In this document: in pieces, positions 8,773 to 18,460 of the stretch
Layout of the letters: each line of letters opens with the position of its first letter
How positions within the stretch are numbered: position 1 is the first letter of the stretch
Source of the DNA: Flavobacteriales bacterium
GTDB taxonomy: Bacteria; Bacteroidota; Bacteroidia; Flavobacteriales; BACL11
Direction of reading: 5' to 3'
NCBI GenBank assembly: GCA_018664745.1
Contig: JABJNS010000059.1
Coordinates: 1 to 34,364, forward strand
DNA: 34,364 nt
The notes under the pieces: generated by a model
Told to the model about the DNA's origin: nothing
Database searches by the model: none
The model's input: the letters and a program-made list of their open reading frames with translations, nothing else
Position numbers and translations under genes: made by a program

Positions 8773-10878
8773 ATGGAAAAAGACCAAGGAAAGATAAAAA
8801 TAACGGTAGAAGGAATGACTTGTGCCAACTGTGCTTCTGGCATAAAAAAACACTTAATAAACAAGGGTTTAGATAATGTTAATGTTAATTTTTCTACTGG
8901 TGAAGCAAGCTGTACAATCAATGAAAAACAAACAAAAAATCAAATAGAAAACATTATAAAAAAACTTGGATACACTATTGTATCAGTAAAAAATAATGAT
9001 AAAAAAGGACTTTCAAAAGTGGAAAGGTACTTTTACTTTACTCTATTTTTTACCCTACCTCTTTTCTCACATATGTTCTTCCCAAAAGGTAGTATTATTC
9101 AAAATCCACTTTTACAATTTATGCTTTGTCTACCTGTTTATATTATAGGTATCTCGTATTTTGGAAAAAGCGCTTGGAGTTCAATAAAAACAGGTATTCC
9201 AAATATGGATGTTCTTATCTTTACAGGAAGTTCTGCTGCTTTTTTTTATAGTATTTATGGTTGGCTTATTAATTATGGAACTCCAGCAGTTCACCATTAT
9301 TTATTTTTTGAAACAAGTGCAACTATTATTACTTTAGTACTTCTTGGAAATGTATTAGAACATAAATCTGTAAAAAAAACAACTACTGCTATTGGAGATT
9401 TAACAGCAATACAACAAGTAATCGCTAAAAAAGAGGTTGATGGAAAAATTATAGAGGTTAATTTTGAAGATATTAGAGTAAATGATATACTTGTTATTAA
9501 CTCTGGTGATAAAATTCCAACAGATGGAATTATTATTTCTGGGACATCTTATATAGATGAATCTATGATCACAGGAGAAAGTATTCCTATAGATAAAACA
9601 AAAGGAGATAAAGTTATTGGAGGAACTATTATTACTGATGGAAATCTAAAAATAAAGGCTACTAAAATTGGAGATGACACTCTACTTTCTCAAATAATTG
9701 AATTGGTTAAAAATGCACAAAACAATAAACCTAATATTCAAAAACTAGGTGACCAAGTAAGTGCTGTTTTTGTACCTGTTGTTTTAACTATTTCTTTAGC
9801 TACTTTTTTTATTGGACATTATTTTTTCAATATTGAAATGCAAGATGCTTTCTTAAGATCAATTGCAGTACTTGTAATTTCATGTCCTTGCGCTATGGGA
9901 CTAGCTACTCCTACTGCGGTTATGGTAGGTATTGGTCGTGCAGCAAAGAATGGAATATTAATAAAGGGTGGTGATACTTTAGAAAAACTAGCAAGTATAA
10001 AAAATATCGTTTTTGACAAAACAGGAACCCTCACTACAGGAAAATTTATTGTATCAGAATTTACTGCTTTAAGTGGAGAAGAAAATAATATTAAAAATAT
10101 AATTTATAATATTGAAAAACACAGTTCACACCCTATTGCTAAGTCATTATGCAATGCTTTTAAAGAGAATTATAGTCCACTAAAATTGTCAGGTATTACT
10201 GAAGATAAAGGAAAAAGTATCAGTGCTAAAATTGAGAATAACACCTATACTATTGGCTCATCAAAAATATATTCTTCAGACATACAACATGATTTATTTG
10301 TTTTGAAAAATAATGAACTAATTGCTACACTCAACATAAATGATGAGTTAAAAATAAATACTGATTCAGTTATTTCAACTCTTCATGAAAGAGGATATAT
10401 TACCACCCTTTTAAGTGGAGACAAGAAAGAGAAATGCAATAATATATCTACAAAATTAGGCATAAAAACAACTTTTAGTGAACAATTACCAATAGATAAA
10501 ATTGAAAAGATTGAATCATTAGTAAATGTAAATAAAACTGCAATGGTAGGTGATGGGATAAATGATGCTCCTGCTCTTGCTAAAGCTACTATTGGAATTT
10601 CATTAGGAAATGCGACTGAAATTGCTATTCAATCAGCTGATGTAGTATTGTTAAATAATGAAGACTTAAGCCAATTACCCGAAACTATGCAAATTGGCAA
10701 ACATACTTTACTAACTATAAAACAAAATTTGTTTTGGGCATTTGCTTATAATATTGTTGCTATCCCAATTGCTGTAATGGGCCTATTAAATCCTATGTGG
10801 GGAGCACTATTTATGGCGTTTTCTGATGTTATTGTAATAGGAAATTCAATAAGATTGCGTTACAAGAAAATTTTTTAG
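8773..10878 (+). CDS. copA: heavy-metal (Cu+-type) translocating P1B-type ATPase
   Basis: Has one N-terminal HMA domain (GMTCANCASGIKKHL) and the transmembrane CPC motif (SCPCAMGLATP). Also carries the phosphorylation site FDKTGTLT, the HP motif (SSHPIAKS) and the hinge GDGINDAP. Confidence 0.9.
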   Translation: MEKDQGKIKITVEGMTCANCASGIKKHLINKGLDNVNVNFSTGEASCTINEKQTKNQIENIIKKLGYTIVSVKNNDKKGLSKVERYFYFTLFFTLPLFSHMFFPKGSIIQNPLLQFMLCLPVYIIGISYFGKSAWSSIKTGIPNMDVLIFTGSSAAFFYSIYGWLINYGTPAVHHYLFFETSATIITLVLLGNVLEHKSVKKTTTAIGDLTAIQQVIAKKEVDGKIIEVNFEDIRVNDILVINSGDKIPTDGIIISGTSYIDESMITGESIPIDKTKGDKVIGGTIITDGNLKIKATKIGDDTLLSQIIELVKNAQNNKPNIQKLGDQVSAVFVPVVLTISLATFFIGHYFFNIEMQDAFLRSIAVLVISCPCAMGLATPTAVMVGIGRAAKNGILIKGGDTLEKLASIKNIVFDKTGTLTTGKFIVSEFTALSGEENNIKNIIYNIEKHSSHPIAKSLCNAFKENYSPLKLSGITEDKGKSISAKIENNTYTIGSSKIYSSDIQHDLFVLKNNELIATLNINDELKINTDSVISTLHERGYITTLLSGDKKEKCNNISTKLGIKTTFSEQLPIDKIEKIESLVNVNKTAMVGDGINDAPALAKATIGISLGNATEIAIQSADVVLLNNEDLSQLPETMQIGKHTLLTIKQNLFWAFAYNIVAIPIAVMGLLNPMWGALFMAFSDVIVIGNSIRLRYKKIF

Positions 10879-10919
10879 TAAATTAGCACCCTAAATTTTA
10901 AAACTTAAACTATTTTTTT

Positions 10920-12854
10920 ATGAAAAAAACAACTACTTTTATATCAGCAATACTGATAAGTGCAGGTTTATTTGCACAAGTTAATAATAGTCAAAATTAC
11001 AACAAAAAGCTTCTTAAAGCAAAAAACGACAAAATTACCATGACTGGTGAAGAAGCATTGAGTCACTTAATGGTTAATCCAAACCCAACAACAAGTTCAA
11101 ATACAAAATCAGCCTCATCAAATGAAGTTTTTATTGGCACAACAACATACGATTTACAATCTAATGCAGCAGTACAAAATAGAATAGTACATCATGCTAA
11201 CGGAACTATCTCAGCAGGATGGACAACTAGTCAAGAGTTAAATGTCTCATTTTCTGATAGAGGAACTGGTTACAATTACTTTGATGGAACTTCTTGGGGA
11301 ACAATTCCAACAAATCGTTTAGAAAATTCTAGAGGGGGGTGGCCTTCAATTATAGCTATGGGCTCAGGTAAAGAAGCATCTGTAACTCACAACACTGATA
11401 ATTCCTATATTAATATGACCCATAGATCTGCAGTTGGAACAGGCAACTGGACTGAACAGATTATATCACCAATTGATAGTAATGGAATTTACAGAGATTT
11501 AACTTGGAATAGAACAGCCGTTGGTGGTCTCAATAAAGAAACTTTACACATGGTAGGTATTGCAAATGCAAGTGATACTGTTAATATTATATATGGAATT
11601 CCTAATGCTTTACTATACTACCGCTCACAAGATGAAGGTGTAACCTGGGATATTAAAGATATGCAATTACCAACACTTGATAGTGCTAATTTTAATAGAT
11701 TTAGTGGAGATTCATATTCTCTTACAGCACAAGGAGAAACAGTAGTTCTGGCTTACTTTAATGACTGGGGAGACTCTTTTATTATAAAATCAACTGATAA
11801 TGGAACAACTTGGACTAAAACTATTTTCCTAGATTTTCCAGTTGACAAATACACTATCGATTCGGGATTAGATTTAGATAATGACGATACGCTTGACAAT
11901 GTCTATTCAACAGATAACTATGGAACAGTAATATTAGACCCTAGCGGAGAAGCTCATGTTTTTTATGGAATTATGATGTATTTAGATGATGATTTAACTG
12001 ATGCTTCTTCTTCATGGTTCCCAGGTGTAAATGGAATTGCTTACTGGAATGAAAGTATGGGGCCAGATCTTACTCCTGCTACAGTACAAGACACTTCTTT
12101 GTGGTATTCTGACATGATGAATAATAACATAATAGCAGAAGCACCAGATTTAGATGGAGATGGTCAAGTTGCAGGAGTTGATTCTTCTGGAGGATATGCT
12201 CTTTACTATAGTTCAAGAGCTTCAATGCCAAATGCAGGATTATCCGCTAATGGTGACATTTACCTTTCTTTCTCAGCTTATACAGAAAATGCTGATAATG
12301 GCACTCAAGTATACAGACACCTTTATGTAACGAAATCAAGTGATGGAGGATCAACATGGGAAATACCAGTAGATATAACTCCAAATGTAGTTTGGAGTGG
12401 AATGAAAGAATGTGTGTTTGGTTCTATGGCACCAACAGTTGATGATAAACTTAGAATTGTGTATCAAATGGATAATGAACCAGGGTTAATAGTTAGAGGT
12501 GATGAGGATTTTGTAGAGTCTAATGATATTGTATATTTAGAGATTGATACTGCTGGCTTATTTGATGGAACGACTTCTATTTCAGAAAATAATAAAATAA
12601 TAACTAATTTATCAGTATTCCCTAACCCAGCTAATGAACTTACTACCTTAGCTATATCATTAGAAAGAACTAAACAAGTGAAAATTACAATTGTTGATCT
12701 ATTAGGAAAAGAAATTACAACACAAGAAAAAGTAATGTCCTCAGGAATGACTACAGAAACAATTGATGTTTCTGACTATCAGAATGGAATTTACTTTATT
12801 AACTTACAAGTAGGTACTCAAGTAACTACTAAGAAATTAGTAATTACTAAGTAA
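10920..12854 (+). CDS. secreted BNR/Asp-box repeat protein with T9SS C-terminal sorting domain
   Basis: Has a signal peptide (MKKTTTFISAILISAGLFAQ) and three Asp-boxes (SQDEGVTW, STDNGTTW, SSDGGSTW). The last ~80 aa (VFPNPANELTTLAISL...GIYFINLQVGTQVTTKKLVITK) fit a type A Por secretion tail. Confidence 0.85.
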   Translation: MKKTTTFISAILISAGLFAQVNNSQNYNKKLLKAKNDKITMTGEEALSHLMVNPNPTTSSNTKSASSNEVFIGTTTYDLQSNAAVQNRIVHHANGTISAGWTTSQELNVSFSDRGTGYNYFDGTSWGTIPTNRLENSRGGWPSIIAMGSGKEASVTHNTDNSYINMTHRSAVGTGNWTEQIISPIDSNGIYRDLTWNRTAVGGLNKETLHMVGIANASDTVNIIYGIPNALLYYRSQDEGVTWDIKDMQLPTLDSANFNRFSGDSYSLTAQGETVVLAYFNDWGDSFIIKSTDNGTTWTKTIFLDFPVDKYTIDSGLDLDNDDTLDNVYSTDNYGTVILDPSGEAHVFYGIMMYLDDDLTDASSSWFPGVNGIAYWNESMGPDLTPATVQDTSLWYSDMMNNNIIAEAPDLDGDGQVAGVDSSGGYALYYSSRASMPNAGLSANGDIYLSFSAYTENADNGTQVYRHLYVTKSSDGGSTWEIPVDITPNVVWSGMKECVFGSMAPTVDDKLRIVYQMDNEPGLIVRGDEDFVESNDIVYLEIDTAGLFDGTTSISENNKIITNLSVFPNPANELTTLAISLERTKQVKITIVDLLGKEITTQEKVMSSGMTTETIDVSDYQNGIYFINLQVGTQVTTKKLVITK

Positions 12855-12880
12855 GACGTACTGGTACGAAAAGAAAAAAA

Positions 12881-12907
12881 GCCGAGCAATTGCTCGGCTT
12901 TTTTTAT
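12881..12907. terminator. bidirectional intrinsic terminator
   Basis: Perfect palindrome gccgagcaattgctcggc (12881-12898), preceded by an A-run and followed by a T-run. It lies between convergent genes. Confidence 0.85.
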
Positions 12908-12924
12908 TCTATTTTAAAAGACTA

Positions 12925-13626
12925 CTACTTAATATCCAATAAATAATCAACCTTTGGTATTTGATGTGCTAAGAACCCTTCAGCATATTCACAATTAGCT
13001 TGCCTACCTAAATCTTTAGCTCTGTAGGTAACACTATCCAAAAACCCCATTGAAGAAATAATAGTTTCACTTTCATTACTTTCAGGATTAAAAAACTGAG
13101 TACTATATGCTTTTACAGCATTTAACTTCTCCCCCATTTCTTCAGAAATATCTACTACTACATCTGGAGTAAGATTATTAAACTGTATATAATGATAAAT
13201 TGCCCTTGGTCTCCATACTTTCTGGTTTGTTTCTATCTTTTCAAGTCCTGATAAAAAACAAGCGTCAACTGAAATTTCTGAGCCTCTCCCATGATCTGGA
13301 TGACGATCAGATACTGCATTTGTAATTACAATTTCAGGTTGATATTTTCTAATTTTTTCAATTATAGCTAATTTATGAGCTTCATCATCTTTAAAAAAAC
13401 CATCTTTAAAATTCATATTTTCACGAACTGCAACTCCCATTATTTCAGTAGCTTTTTTGGTTTCAGCAGTTCTGATTTCAGCAGTACCTCTTGTACCCAA
13501 CTCTCCTCTTGTCAAGTCAATAATTCCAACTTTTTTTCCAGCCTTAACTTCTTTAATTACAGTACCCCCGCAACCGAGTTCTACATCATCAGGATGAGCT
13601 CCAAAAACTAAAATATCTAATTTCAT
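12925..13626 (-). CDS. bshB1: PIG-L/LmbE family deacetylase, BshB1-like (bacillithiol biosynthesis)
   Basis: Motifs FGAHPDDVELGCGGT and DRHPDHGR are typical of LmbE-like metal-dependent deacetylases. Size (233 aa) and overall pattern match BshB1 as annotated in Bacteroidota. Confidence 0.8.
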   Translation of the reverse strand: MKLDILVFGAHPDDVELGCGGTVIKEVKAGKKVGIIDLTRGELGTRGTAEIRTAETKKATEIMGVAVRENMNFKDGFFKDDEAHKLAIIEKIRKYQPEIVITNAVSDRHPDHGRGSEISVDACFLSGLEKIETNQKVWRPRAIYHYIQFNNLTPDVVVDISEEMGEKLNAVKAYSTQFFNPESNESETIISSMGFLDSVTYRAKDLGRQANCEYAEGFLAHQIPKVDYLLDIK

Positions 13627-16600
13627 TAGTAGTTCTTTTTGTATTTAAACCTTGCTACAATAGAGGTAATAATAGTAATTGCTACCAAATAATACACAAA
13701 TGAAGGAATTGGCATAGGATCACCAGCTGCATAAGAATGTAAACCTGACAGATAATAATTAACACCAAAGTAAGTCATAATAATTGCCCAAATTGCAACT
13801 AAAGAAGCAACATTAAAAATATATTTCCCTTTTAAAGGAGGAATGAAACGCATATGTAATACAAAAGCATAAATCAATACACTTACTAATGCCCATGTCT
13901 CTTTAGGGTCCCAACCCCAATACCTTCCCCAAGATTCATTAGCCCAAACTCCTCCTAAGAAAGTACCGATTGTTAGCATAAATAAGCCAACTTCTAAAGT
14001 CTTTTCATTAATCAATGTTAATTCAGTAAGTGTATCCTTTAATTTTGCTTTGTTATTTTTAGATGTAAAAATAATTAACCATAAGGAAATGAATCCAAGA
14101 ATTGCACCTAAAGCTAAAAACCCATAACTAGCAACAATTATAGCCACATGTATCATCAACCAATAAGATTTTAAAACAGGAACTAAATTTGTAATTTCAG
14201 GATCTAGCCAATTTAAATGGGCTACCATCAACAACATAGCTGAAACAATAGCAGTAGCAGCCAAAGTAAGCAATGATCGCTTACTAAAAATTAATCCTGA
14301 AAGAATAACAGACCAAGCAATATAAATCATTGATTCATACCCATTACTCCATGGTGCATGACCAGAAATAATCCACCTCATAATTAAACCAGAAGTATGT
14401 GCTAAAAATCCTATAATAATTAACCACTTAAAAGTTGTAATTAGGATACGGATAAATTTTGTATTTTTAAACAACTGGATAATTAATAAACTAAGTAAGA
14501 TTAATCCTATTATAGAATAAAACATAAAGAGATTAGAGAATATACCTAGCTTATTATAGCTTATCTCCATTTTAATATTAGATTTAGAAGGCATAATATT
14601 AGCACCATACCTATTTTGGAATCTACTAATATAGCCTACTATTGTATCAGCAGTAGCCCAATTATCATCTTGCAAAGCACTTGTAACTGCTCTAAAGTAC
14701 ATAGGCATAATATTAGCCACAAACAAAGAATCATTTTCAGAGAATTTAGTATGCTCTGTATAAGCAAGCCAAGTATTATTAGAATCATTTTCTAGCGGAA
14801 AAAATCTAAAAATACCACCACTAAAAACTGTAAAGCAAATATTTATTCTTTCATCAACCTTAATTATACCTTTCTCATACTCTGATCGTTTAGCGGGTAA
14901 TTTAGCATACGCATCTTCAACCAAAGTTGCCAAAAGATAATGTCCATTTTCTCCAAAAAAACTATTAAATGAAGTTCTAATATATTTTGATTTTAAATCA
15001 GTATTACCAAGTAATGTTCTAATTTTTGGATGAGATACTTTTATAATACTATCTTTACTCCAAGCAACAGGATTATTCATCATTCCAACTATTACTTGTG
15101 TTGCAGACAAATCATTAAACCTATCCTTACCATAAATCTTTCTTAAAAACTCAGAACATAAAGTGTGTGCTGGTTTTAATCTCCCTCCATTATCTTGCAC
15201 AACTAAACTTTCAAATCGTGCAGCATGATTTGCATCAATTATATCATTAGCTTGAATTGAAACTGAAAATAGCATTGGAAATAAAAGTATAGTAGCTGTA
15301 TTCTTTAGTTTCTTTAATTTTTGGGTTAAGCTATTGAATCGAGTTTTTTTAGTAAGAAAGACAAGTAACATTCCTATAGTCATTAATGCATACCCTATAT
15401 AAGTTATGTATGTACCCCACCAATCATGATTTACAGACAGTATCGTTCCTTTTTCATCCTTATCATAAGACGATTGAAATAAACGAAATCCACTATGTTG
15501 CAATACATTATTCATAAAAATTCTATGTTCAGTCTCAGTGTCATTTTCTAAAATACTTATTTCTGCAGCATAGGATGAAGGACTCATAGACCCTGCATAT
15601 CTATCCAACTGAAAATCACGCAATTTCACATAAAAAGGAACCGTATAATACTTTGAGCCATATGATAATTTAAAGTTCAAATTATCCATTGCAAATACTT
15701 CATCATCTCCTTGATATCCTTTTCCGCCATAAAGTGTAATTAGCTTATGCATCCCATTTGTAAACACTTTTATGATTAAAGCATCCTCCGCACCATCATT
15801 CATAACATTAGAAGTACTAACAGGTAGCATCTTAGCATTTCTTAACACTTCTTTCAACACAAAATTTAATCCATTAGCAGTATGCAATGTTCTTCTATAC
15901 ATATTAAAATCAGTTAATTCGCTATACTGATTAGTAGCACGCGTATCCATACTCATAGATTCAACTGAATAAGGGGAATTACATATAATCAAATCAGAAT
16001 CAGAACTTAGATTTATAGCTCCCTCCAAAGGATTATTAAAAGTAAATACCTCCCCTTTAATTACTCTTTGTTCCTTATCATTTAAGTATTCTGACTGCAT
16101 ACCATTATCACCAGGAACAACAATATGTAACATAGTAGTACCTCCTGAAACATTCGTAAATAAAGAATCCTTAACATTAGGTAAAAATTCTACACCTTCA
16201 ACTTTAATATCATTATCCTTAAAATCCAATTTCAAAGAAAAATCACTATTAGTTATTCCTGATAAAAATAATTTCTCAGTATGATTGAGTTGATGTACTT
16301 TATCATTAATATGAATTTGTAAAAAAGTATCATCCGAAATAAACTGATTAGTACTTTCCCCTTCTCGAATATGCATCATCCCTTCATAAGAAATGTAACG
16401 AGTAATCCCTGCTCCTATTAAAATGAGAATAAAAGATAAGTGAAAAGTAAGTGAAGCAATCTTTTCTAAGCGAAATAATTTATACTTAATTACATTATTT
16501 ACTAGATTATATGTTAGTAAAGCCAATATCATTTCGAACCACCAAGAGTTATAAATTAATGCCTTTGCTGAAGTTCTTCCAAAATCATTTTCAATAAATG

Positions 16601-16688
16601 TAGCATAGCCAATTGAAAAAGCAAATAATAAAATGAGTATACTCATTAATTGCATAGAAGAAAGAAACTTTATTATCCTATTTATCAT
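13626..16688 (-). CDS. ccsBA: cytochrome c biogenesis System II fusion protein CcsBA (ResB-like + CcsA)
   Basis: 1020 aa. The N-terminal part is a ResB-like membrane/periplasmic region. The C-terminal polytopic part carries the Trp-rich haem-handling motif WGRYWGWDPKETWAL. Its stop overlaps the bshB1 start (TAATG). Confidence 0.88.
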   Translation of the reverse strand: MINRIIKFLSSMQLMSILILLFAFSIGYATFIENDFGRTSAKALIYNSWWFEMILALLTYNLVNNVIKYKLFRLEKIASLTFHLSFILILIGAGITRYISYEGMMHIREGESTNQFISDDTFLQIHINDKVHQLNHTEKLFLSGITNSDFSLKLDFKDNDIKVEGVEFLPNVKDSLFTNVSGGTTMLHIVVPGDNGMQSEYLNDKEQRVIKGEVFTFNNPLEGAINLSSDSDLIICNSPYSVESMSMDTRATNQYSELTDFNMYRRTLHTANGLNFVLKEVLRNAKMLPVSTSNVMNDGAEDALIIKVFTNGMHKLITLYGGKGYQGDDEVFAMDNLNFKLSYGSKYYTVPFYVKLRDFQLDRYAGSMSPSSYAAEISILENDTETEHRIFMNNVLQHSGFRLFQSSYDKDEKGTILSVNHDWWGTYITYIGYALMTIGMLLVFLTKKTRFNSLTQKLKKLKNTATILLFPMLFSVSIQANDIIDANHAARFESLVVQDNGGRLKPAHTLCSEFLRKIYGKDRFNDLSATQVIVGMMNNPVAWSKDSIIKVSHPKIRTLLGNTDLKSKYIRTSFNSFFGENGHYLLATLVEDAYAKLPAKRSEYEKGIIKVDERINICFTVFSGGIFRFFPLENDSNNTWLAYTEHTKFSENDSLFVANIMPMYFRAVTSALQDDNWATADTIVGYISRFQNRYGANIMPSKSNIKMEISYNKLGIFSNLFMFYSIIGLILLSLLIIQLFKNTKFIRILITTFKWLIIIGFLAHTSGLIMRWIISGHAPWSNGYESMIYIAWSVILSGLIFSKRSLLTLAATAIVSAMLLMVAHLNWLDPEITNLVPVLKSYWLMIHVAIIVASYGFLALGAILGFISLWLIIFTSKNNKAKLKDTLTELTLINEKTLEVGLFMLTIGTFLGGVWANESWGRYWGWDPKETWALVSVLIYAFVLHMRFIPPLKGKYIFNVASLVAIWAIIMTYFGVNYYLSGLHSYAAGDPMPIPSFVYYLVAITIITSIVARFKYKKNY

Positions 16689-16705
16689 ATCTGAAATTTA
16701 TGTGG

Positions 16706-16713
16706 CAAAATTA
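16706..16713 (-). promoter_or_regulatory. candidate -7 box TAATTTTG for ccsBA
   Basis: The reverse complement of caaaatta is an exact TAnnTTTG. It lies 18 nt upstream of the ccsBA ATG, in the 61-bp divergent gap. Confidence 0.4.
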
Positions 16714-16724
16714 CGAATTATTAT

Positions 16725-16732
16725 TAAGTTTG
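16725..16732 (+). promoter_or_regulatory. candidate -7 box TAAGTTTG for the DUF2520-UbiA-maf operon
   Basis: Exact TAnnTTTG, with 17 nt between the box and the ATG at 16750. Confidence 0.4.
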
Positions 16733-16749
16733 TGTTTAAATTATTTTAA

Positions 16750-17505
16750 ATGAAAAATATAATTTTTGTAGGTTCGGGCAATGTCGCCACACACTTAGGA
16801 ATTTCCTTACAAAAAGAGAATTATAAGGTATTACAAGTGTATAGCAGAAGTGTTGAAAATGCAAAAAAACTAGCCGAAAAATTAAGTACTGATTTCACAA
16901 ATGATTTAACACAATTAAAAACTGCCGATTTAATAATTGTTAGTGTGAAAGATAATGCGATTTCAGAAGTTTTATCACAGCTAAAAGATTCAGCAATAGT
17001 ACATACTTCTGGAAGTATTGGAATGGATGTTTTTAATGGAAATTTTTCTGATTGCGGTGTATTTTATCCACTTCAAACCTTTAACAAAGAAATAGATGTA
17101 AATATTTCAGAAATTCCATTTTGCATAGAGGGAAACTCAAAAAAATTTGAAAAACAGTTGATAGGAATTGCTAAAACATTATCTAACAATGTAGTTTCAA
17201 TGAATTCTGAACAAAGAAAACAATTGCATATTGCAGCTGTTTTTGCGTGCAATTTCAGCAATCAGATGTTTAGTATTGCTGATGATTTATTAGCAGAAAA
17301 AAATCTTGATTTTGAAATTTTACTTCCTTTGATAAAACAGACAATTAGCAAATTAGATAAAAATAAACCTAAAGATGTGCAAACTGGTCCTGCAAAACGA
17401 AATGATACAAGTATAATTCAGGAACATATTAACCAAATTCAAAATAAAGAAATTAAAGAATTGTATCAAAAAATCAGCAGTAATATTTTACAAACACATG
17501 AGTAA
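16750..17505 (+). CDS. Rossmann-fold + DUF2520 domain protein (ProC/ketopantoate reductase-like oxidoreductase)
   Basis: N-terminal dinucleotide-binding pattern IIFVGSGNVATHLG. The C-terminal part has QTGPAKRND, typical of DUF2520 proteins. Confidence 0.75.
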   Translation: MKNIIFVGSGNVATHLGISLQKENYKVLQVYSRSVENAKKLAEKLSTDFTNDLTQLKTADLIIVSVKDNAISEVLSQLKDSAIVHTSGSIGMDVFNGNFSDCGVFYPLQTFNKEIDVNISEIPFCIEGNSKKFEKQLIGIAKTLSNNVVSMNSEQRKQLHIAAVFACNFSNQMFSIADDLLAEKNLDFEILLPLIKQTISKLDKNKPKDVQTGPAKRNDTSIIQEHINQIQNKEIKELYQKISSNILQTHE

Positions 17506-18460
17506 AATTATTTCATTTTTAAAATTAATTCGTTTAAAGAATTTAATAATTGTTGCACTTACACAAGTGCTTATTAAATTCAGTTTAATCAATCCTTTTT
17601 TAGATGATTTTGTACTTTCCAATAAGGAATTTTATCTTTTGGTTTTAGCAACAATTTTCATTACTGCATCTGGCTATATCATCAATGACATTTATGATGT
17701 AAAAACAGATGAAATTAATAAAGATAATAAACGAATTATTGGAAAATCAATTAATTCTAGAAATGCAATTTCTTGGTATATATTTTTCAACTTAATTGGA
17801 CTAGGATTAGGATCCTACATAGCTTACCTAGTAGAAAAACCACTATTCAGCTTAATCTTTTTCTATTGTATTTTTAGCTTATGGACCTATTCAAAACGCA
17901 TGAAAAGTTCTTTTCTGCTGGGAAACCTTCAAGTTTCATTACTAACTGCACTTAGTATTTTTAATGTTGCCTTATTCGACTTGATTCCTAACGGAATCAA
18001 CAAAAACAATGGAGAATTGATGATTTTTAAAATAATTTTATTTTATACTGTATTTGCTTTTGTTACTACTTTTATTCGTGAAATAATAAAAGATATTGAA
18101 GATATAGAGGGCGACAAGAAAATAAATGCACAAACACTAGCGATTACTTATGGAATTGAAAAAACAAAATTGATTTCACTGTTCTTTACAACTCTTACAT
18201 TTTTAGGAATTGCCTACTTTCAATACTTTCAATACAGTGTTTTTAGTAGTAAATTTGAATATGAAATTTCTATTTGGGGCGTAAATAAAACTGCTATTTT
18301 CTACACTTTTATTTTACAATTCCTATTCCTATTTTTAGGATTTAAAGTTTACACTTCAAGAATTAAAAATGACTTTTATTTCATTAGTCAGCTCTGTAAA
18401 TTTATTATGATAATAGGAATACTATCCATTCCACTTTTCACTTATTTACACCTCAATTAA
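17498..18460 (+). CDS. UbiA-family prenyltransferase (annotated in flavobacteria as geranylgeranylglycerol-phosphate geranylgeranyltransferase-like)
   Basis: Two Asp-rich motifs, NDIYDVKTDEINK and KDIEDIEGDKK, in a polytopic membrane protein with about 8-9 TM segments. The 5' end overlaps the upstream gene by 8 nt (ATGAGTAA). Confidence 0.85.
   Translation: MSKIISFLKLIRLKNLIIVALTQVLIKFSLINPFLDDFVLSNKEFYLLVLATIFITASGYIINDIYDVKTDEINKDNKRIIGKSINSRNAISWYIFFNLIGLGLGSYIAYLVEKPLFSLIFFYCIFSLWTYSKRMKSSFLLGNLQVSLLTALSIFNVALFDLIPNGINKNNGELMIFKIILFYTVFAFVTTFIREIIKDIEDIEGDKKINAQTLAITYGIEKTKLISLFFTTLTFLGIAYFQYFQYSVFSSKFEYEISIWGVNKTAIFYTFILQFLFLFLGFKVYTSRIKNDFYFISQLCKFIMIIGILSIPLFTYLHLN

Noticed and set aside
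8773-10878. Copper-resistance island around copA
   Set aside because: It is a single P1B ATPase with no CopZ, CueR/CsoR, multicopper oxidase or mobile-element genes nearby. It looks like a housekeeping exporter.
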